Shown one piece after another: positions 7,383 to 10,937 of a stretch of 10,937 nt of DNA (position 1 is the stretch's first letter; every line of letters begins with the position of its first letter). The position numbers and the translations under genes are program-made. Source of the DNA: a virus. The notes below the pieces were generated by a model. That model was not told the DNA's origin and searched no databases. It saw only the letters and a program-made list of their open reading frames with translations. The DNA is taken from UHGV virus genome UHGV-0193172. One strand, written 5' to 3'.

Positions 7383-8405
7383 TTAATACGCATTTAATTT
7401 AAATTTGTATTTGCTTTCTATGTAATGGATAAATTCAATTATGCTTTTTTCTATCGCGTCTAATATATGAATATATCCATCCCGATTTAAGGTCCTATCC
7501 AACTCAAAATGATGAACTATCCCATGTCTATATTGTATGATTTCAGAAATTCGATTCTCAAGGTAATCAACTGATTTTCCAATTCTTTTTTTCTTATAAA
7601 GAATCGCTCTCACATCTATATCTAGCCACTCTTTATATGCTTTGTTTAGGAGGGTTAAGTTTTGAAAAGTGTAATTTCTTGCAATAACACTTTCTATTGA
7701 AATATTTCCTTTCTCTATCTCAAGCAGAATATCAAAATCAACTTTTTGCTTATACGATGTTCTTTTTGCTATTGCGAAAGGATCGTACTTTATAAGTATT
7801 TGAAAAGCTCTAGAGAAAAAATATTCAAACATAGCAACCGCAAAAGGTACTAATCCATTATATATAACTCTACTGGGATCCATACATTGCATATCATCAA
7901 AGTATTCGGATAAGCCGCCATCTTCCGGCAGGTTTAATTTAATAGAAGGTTCAGGTAAGGCATGTTTAACAGCGGAAATCTCATGATGAACATGATTAAA
8001 TATTGAAGAAATGCCACGACTGATCGGACTACTAGAATCCTCCCATAGAGGAGCGTATCTATTTTTCCCATAATCACCTATAAGTGTTCCACCAAAAAGA
8101 CTCCTTGCGCCTTTTAGAACATCATTAAGCATTTTTACATCATGCCAACTAGCGCTAGATAAATTACGCACATGCAATGCCCATTTATTACCAGATATGT
8201 GTAGTTCGTCATTTGAAACAGGATATATATCAGCCGAAACTCCATCTGTAGATTTGAAGTCCGTATCATCAAACCAAGAGTAATTTAACGTTCCTTGGGG
8301 CCATTCCCACAAATGTTTACACCTTTTAAAACCTAAATTTTCAAGATAATTTTTAAGTTCGTTTCTAGTTGCTTTTTTAGGGTACAGCGTTATATCTCTT
8401 CCCAT
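7383..8405 (-). CDS. Hypothetical 340-aa protein in an AT-rich cargo island; candidate HEPN-like (R-x4-H) abortive-infection/defence protein
   Basis: ORF track 340 aa; ATG 8405 with AGGTGA-like Shine-Dalgarno upstream. Region about 7263-8560 is visibly AT-rich (roughly one-third G+C by eye) against >50% in the flanking phage genes. Predicted-helical C-terminal half carries RHGIVH (aa 293-298). No family recognised by eye. Confidence 0.6.
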   Translation of the reverse strand: MGRDITLYPKKATRNELKNYLENLGFKRCKHLWEWPQGTLNYSWFDDTDFKSTDGVSADIYPVSNDELHISGNKWALHVRNLSSASWHDVKMLNDVLKGARSLFGGTLIGDYGKNRYAPLWEDSSSPISRGISSIFNHVHHEISAVKHALPEPSIKLNLPEDGGLSEYFDDMQCMDPSRVIYNGLVPFAVAMFEYFFSRAFQILIKYDPFAIAKRTSYKQKVDFDILLEIEKGNISIESVIARNYTFQNLTLLNKAYKEWLDIDVRAILYKKKRIGKSVDYLENRISEIIQYRHGIVHHFELDRTLNRDGYIHILDAIEKSIIEFIHYIESKYKFKLNAY

Positions 8406-8537
8406 GCTTTATTCACCTGACATACAATATTTTACATTTTAACTATCATGAACGTATGAATTTTTACATTGGATGTATGGAAGTTCAACAGCTATTGAAA
8501 GTTCAATTTTCACTCTTCGCACAGAGCGAGCTGTTAG

Positions 8538-8566
8538 TTGGAATTAGGGATCGTACAATCTAGAAT
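8538..8566 (+). promoter_or_regulatory. Putative sigma70 promoter for ogr
   Basis: TTGGAA (8538-8543), 17-bp spacer, TAGAAT (8561-8566), about 30 bp upstream of the ogr start and its GGGAGG Shine-Dalgarno. Confidence 0.4.
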
Positions 8567-8596
8567 AGCGGCAGCACCACGTTAAGGGAGGTCGCT

Positions 8597-8857
8597 ATGT
8601 TCCGTTGTCCGCTTTGTGGCGCATCTGCCCGTATCCGCACAAGTCGTCCGGAAAATGATTCAAACACCGTGCGGCAAAAGTATTACCAGTGTAACAATCT
8701 GGAATGCGGCGTATGCTTCTCAACACTGGAAGCTTTCCATAAATTCACATCGAAACAAGCCTCCGGCGTTCACTCTTCAGAAGGTATCCCGTGGCATGAG
8801 CTGCCAGCTTCACACAGGGGAAACAATCAGATGAGTTTGCCTTTACCTCAGAATTAA
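8597..8857 (+). CDS. ogr: Ogr/Delta-family zinc-finger late-gene transcriptional activator
   Basis: MFRCPLCGASARIRTSR...YYQCNNLECGVCF resembles my recollection of P2 Ogr (MFHCPLCQHAAHARTSR...YHQCQNVNCSATF) with the C-x2-C...C-x4-C zinc finger; it follows D as in P2. 86 aa, C-terminally longer than the P2 Ogr I recall. Confidence 0.85.
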   Translation: MFRCPLCGASARIRTSRPENDSNTVRQKYYQCNNLECGVCFSTLEAFHKFTSKQASGVHSSEGIPWHELPASHRGNNQMSLPLPQN

Positions 8858-9047
8858 CAGGCAGAATTGCCGGAGTAACAAAAAAGCGATAGATTACGCG
8901 CGGGTGCCTTTCGGCTGATGGTCGGAGGGAACACCCGAAGGCCAGATGTGGAAAGGCCCCGGAAAACACTTTTGTTTAACCGAGGCCCTAACCGTCTACC
9001 CTAAGCAAGTGAAAGGTTAGCGCCTCTCCGGAAAAGGAGCAAGTGCT

Positions 9048-9188
9048 ATGTCGCAAAAATCGCTTACGGCCATCACGTTCTGCGTGACGGTAATCCTCAT
9101 CATCTGGATGTTACACGGTTCGCTGTGCGAAATACGGATGAGCTTCTGGGGAGCGGAGTTTGCGGCGTTCTTACAGTGTAAGCAGTAA
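9048..9188 (+). CDS. Hok/Gef-family type I toxin (HokA-like small membrane peptide, 46 aa)
   Basis: Not in the ORF track (too short). ATG 9048 with AAGGAG Shine-Dalgarno 8 nt upstream. MSQKSLTAITFCVTVILIIWMLHGSLCEIRMSFWGAEFAAFLQCKQ has the N-terminal TM helix plus the SLCE(I/L)R and E(V/L/F)AAF(L/M) signature of Hok/Gef peptides (compare Hok ...[21 protein letters not shown] and HokA ...SLCELHIKQESYELAAFLACK, from memory). Confidence 0.7.
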   Translation: MSQKSLTAITFCVTVILIIWMLHGSLCEIRMSFWGAEFAAFLQCKQ

Positions 9189-9267
9189 GGAAACCGCGAC
9201 GGGGGAGCAATCCCCCGTCAATCGGTTGCCAGGGTAAGGCCGAAGTGGCACCCAAATTTAAATTGAG

Positions 9268-9300
9268 GCCCACCAGTAAGAGTGGTGGGCTTAACACTTG
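9268..9300 (+). terminator. Putative terminator / 3' stem-loop of the hok-like transcript
   Basis: Stem GCCCACCA / TGGTGGGC (9268-9275 / 9283-9290) followed by a T-rich tract; preceded by a GNRA-looped hairpin GACGGGGGA-GCAA-TCCCCCGTC (9198-9219). Confidence 0.35.
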
Positions 9301-9323
9301 TTTAAATTTGAAAGGAACTCTTT

Positions 9324-9620
9324 ATGAGTGAAATGGTATTTTGTCGCGGATGCGGCAAGGAAATACATAAAGATGCCACATCCTGCCCCAATTGTGGAGC
9401 ACCTCAAAGAACAGCAAGTTCAAAAAGCAGAATGACAGCCGCACTACTGGCTTTCTTTTTAGGTGGTCTTGGTGCACACAAATTTTATTTAGGTAAAGTG
9501 GGGCAAGGATTCCTTTACCTTATTTTTTGCTGGACATTCATTCCGGCAATCGTGGCATTTATTGAGTTTTTTATCTATCTATGCACCTCTGATGAAGATT
9601 TCGCCCGCAAATATGGCTGA
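9324..9620 (+). CDS. Small membrane protein with N-terminal zinc ribbon (CxxC...CxxC) and C-terminal TM2-like domain
   Basis: ORF track 98 aa; AAGGAA Shine-Dalgarno upstream; CRGCGKEIHKDATSCPNCG zinc-ribbon motif followed by two hydrophobic helices (LLAFFLGGLGAHKFYLGK...LYLIFCWTFIPAIVAFIEFFIYL). Confidence 0.6.
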   Translation: MSEMVFCRGCGKEIHKDATSCPNCGAPQRTASSKSRMTAALLAFFLGGLGAHKFYLGKVGQGFLYLIFCWTFIPAIVAFIEFFIYLCTSDEDFARKYG

Positions 9621-9647
9621 TGCCTAACGGACGAATCAGAATGACAA

Positions 9648-9680
9648 ACCCGCAGCGTAAAAATTGCGGGTTTTCTTTTT
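9648..9680 (+). terminator. Rho-independent terminator after the Zn-ribbon/TM2 gene
   Basis: Stem CCCGCA / TGCGGG around a 10-nt loop, followed by TTTTCTTTTT (9671-9680). Confidence 0.65.
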
Positions 9681-9885
9681 GTCACCCTCACACGTGAGGG
9701 CATCATACTTAAGACAAAGCCCGCAATATTGCGAGCTTACCCTACATCTCGAAAATGTGGTCACTGCGTGGACACGCTCTGACATAAATCCTTTTATATC
9801 AATTAATTAAATCATCATTTTTTTCATCAACAAGGATTTTCACGTTTGTGTTACCTGTATGAGACGAGAGTTAACCGGACAAGTG

Positions 9886-9894
9886 TGCCATAAT
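9886..9894 (+). promoter_or_regulatory. Putative extended -10 promoter element for flk (TGcCATAAT)
   Basis: TG at 9886-9887 followed by CATAAT at 9889-9894, about 48 bp upstream of the flk ATG; no good -35, consistent with an extended -10 promoter. Confidence 0.3.
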
Positions 9895-9941
9895 CTCGCG
9901 GCCAGGCATACTTGCGAAGATTTCAGGTATAAGGATACGTA

Positions 9942-10937
9942 ATGATACAACCTATTTCCGGCCCTCCTCCTGGGCAACCACCAGGTCAGGGAGATAATCT
10001 GCCGTCTGGCACGGGCAATCAGCCTTTATCCAGTCAGCAACGTACTTCGCTGGAAAGCTTAATGACGAAAGTGACCTCACTGACGCAACAGCAAAGAGCA
10101 GAACTGTGGGCGGGTATCAGGCACGATATTGGTCTGTCGGGAGATTCACCGCTGCTTTCGCGTCACTTCCCTGCCGCTGAGCATAATCTGGCGCAACGTC
10201 TGCTGGCCGCGCAAAAAAGCCATTCTGCCCGCCAGCTTTTAGCGCAATTAGGGGAGTATTTACGTCTGGGGAATAATCGTCAGGCGGTCACGGATTATAT
10301 CCGTCATAACTTTGGTCAGACGCCGCTGAATCAGCTCTCACCGGAGCAATTAAAAACCATTCTCACCCTGTTGCAGGAAGGGAAGATGGTTATTCCGCAA
10401 CCACAGCAGCGCGAGGCGACCGACCGTCCTTTATTACCGGCGGAGCACAATGCGCTAAAACAGCTGGTGACCAAACTTGCGGCGGCAACGGGGGAACCCA
10501 GCAAACAGATCTGGCAATCGATGCTGGAACTTTCCGGGGTGAAAGATGGCGAGTTAATTCCAGCGAAACTGTTTAACCATCTGGTGACCTGGCTACAGGC
10601 GCGTCAGACGCTAAGCCAGCAAAATACGCCGACGCTGGAATCACTACAGATGACGCTAAAACAACCTTTAGATGCCAGTGAACTGGCGGCGTTATCGGCA
10701 TATATCCAGCAAAAATATGGTCTTTCTGCGCAATCATCGCTTTCTTCTGCCCAGGCCGAGGATATTCTTAATCAGCTTTATCAACGGCGGGTTAAAGGGA
10801 TTGATCCGCGTGTTATGCAACCGCTGCTTAATCCTTTTCCACCGATGATGGACACGTTGCAAAATATGGCAACGCGTCCCGCGCTGTGGATACTGTTAGT
10901 CGCGATTATCCTGATGCTGGTCTGGCTGGTTCGTTAA
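9942..10937 (+). CDS. flk: Flk (flagellar regulator; C-terminally membrane-anchored protein)
   Basis: ORF track 331 aa; AAGGA Shine-Dalgarno before ATG 9942; Pro/Gln-rich N-terminus and a single C-terminal hydrophobic anchor (ALWILLVAIILMLVWLVR), matching my recollection of enterobacterial Flk length and architecture. Stop codon is the last three bases of the window. Confidence 0.65.
   Translation: MIQPISGPPPGQPPGQGDNLPSGTGNQPLSSQQRTSLESLMTKVTSLTQQQRAELWAGIRHDIGLSGDSPLLSRHFPAAEHNLAQRLLAAQKSHSARQLLAQLGEYLRLGNNRQAVTDYIRHNFGQTPLNQLSPEQLKTILTLLQEGKMVIPQPQQREATDRPLLPAEHNALKQLVTKLAAATGEPSKQIWQSMLELSGVKDGELIPAKLFNHLVTWLQARQTLSQQNTPTLESLQMTLKQPLDASELAALSAYIQQKYGLSAQSSLSSAQAEDILNQLYQRRVKGIDPRVMQPLLNPFPPMMDTLQNMATRPALWILLVAIILMLVWLVR

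Noticed and set aside
8978-8985. AACCGAGG, an 8-mer shared with the core of the gix-like site, in the hok leader
   Set aside because: Only 8 bp match with no flanking half-site similarity; an 8-mer is expected by chance about 0.3 times in a window this size. No evidence for a second recombination site.
8946-9020. 24-codon ORF upstream of hok as a possible mok
   Set aside because: It is in the hok frame but ends at a TAG 28 bp before the hok ATG, so it does not overlap hok as Mok does; probably non-coding leader.
9100-9297. 65-aa minus-strand ORF antisense to hok (and 8745..8969 minus)
   Set aside because: No protein signal; any function here is more likely an antisense RNA than a protein.
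1-10937. CRISPR arrays, tRNA or rRNA genes, IS elements
   Set aside because: No regularly spaced direct repeats, no cloverleaf-capable tRNA-like segment and no transposase-like ORF or terminal inverted repeats seen by eye. The only recombinase is the serine invertase.

Overview
This window reads as the right-hand end of a P2-family contractile-tail prophage (or remnant) joined to enterobacterial chromosomal genes. Left to right: the inner end of an invertible tail-fibre segment (silent tail-fibre variable exon on the minus strand, a 26-bp gix/hix-like crossover site), a Pin/Gin/Hin-type DNA invertase, then a minus-strand block of tail genes (sheath FI, tube FII, chaperone E with E+E' -1 frameshift, tape measure T running in frame into a gpU-like domain). 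Next come plus-strand gpD, a visibly AT-rich 340-aa cargo gene on the minus strand, the Ogr zinc-finger late activator, a Hok/Gef-family toxin, a small Zn-ribbon/TM2 membrane protein and flk. The main points of interest are: (1) the AT-rich orphan gene between D and ogr, which has a C-terminal R-x4-H motif and is a candidate single-gene defence/abortive-infection module; (2) the T-U in-frame fusion at an A7 homopolymer, where one extra A would restore separate T and U genes; (3) the FI-FII-E-T-U block being inverted relative to D/ogr, unlike canonical P2 synteny; (4) the Hok-like toxin locus just beyond ogr. All homology calls are by eye and from memory of family sequences; no database search was run.
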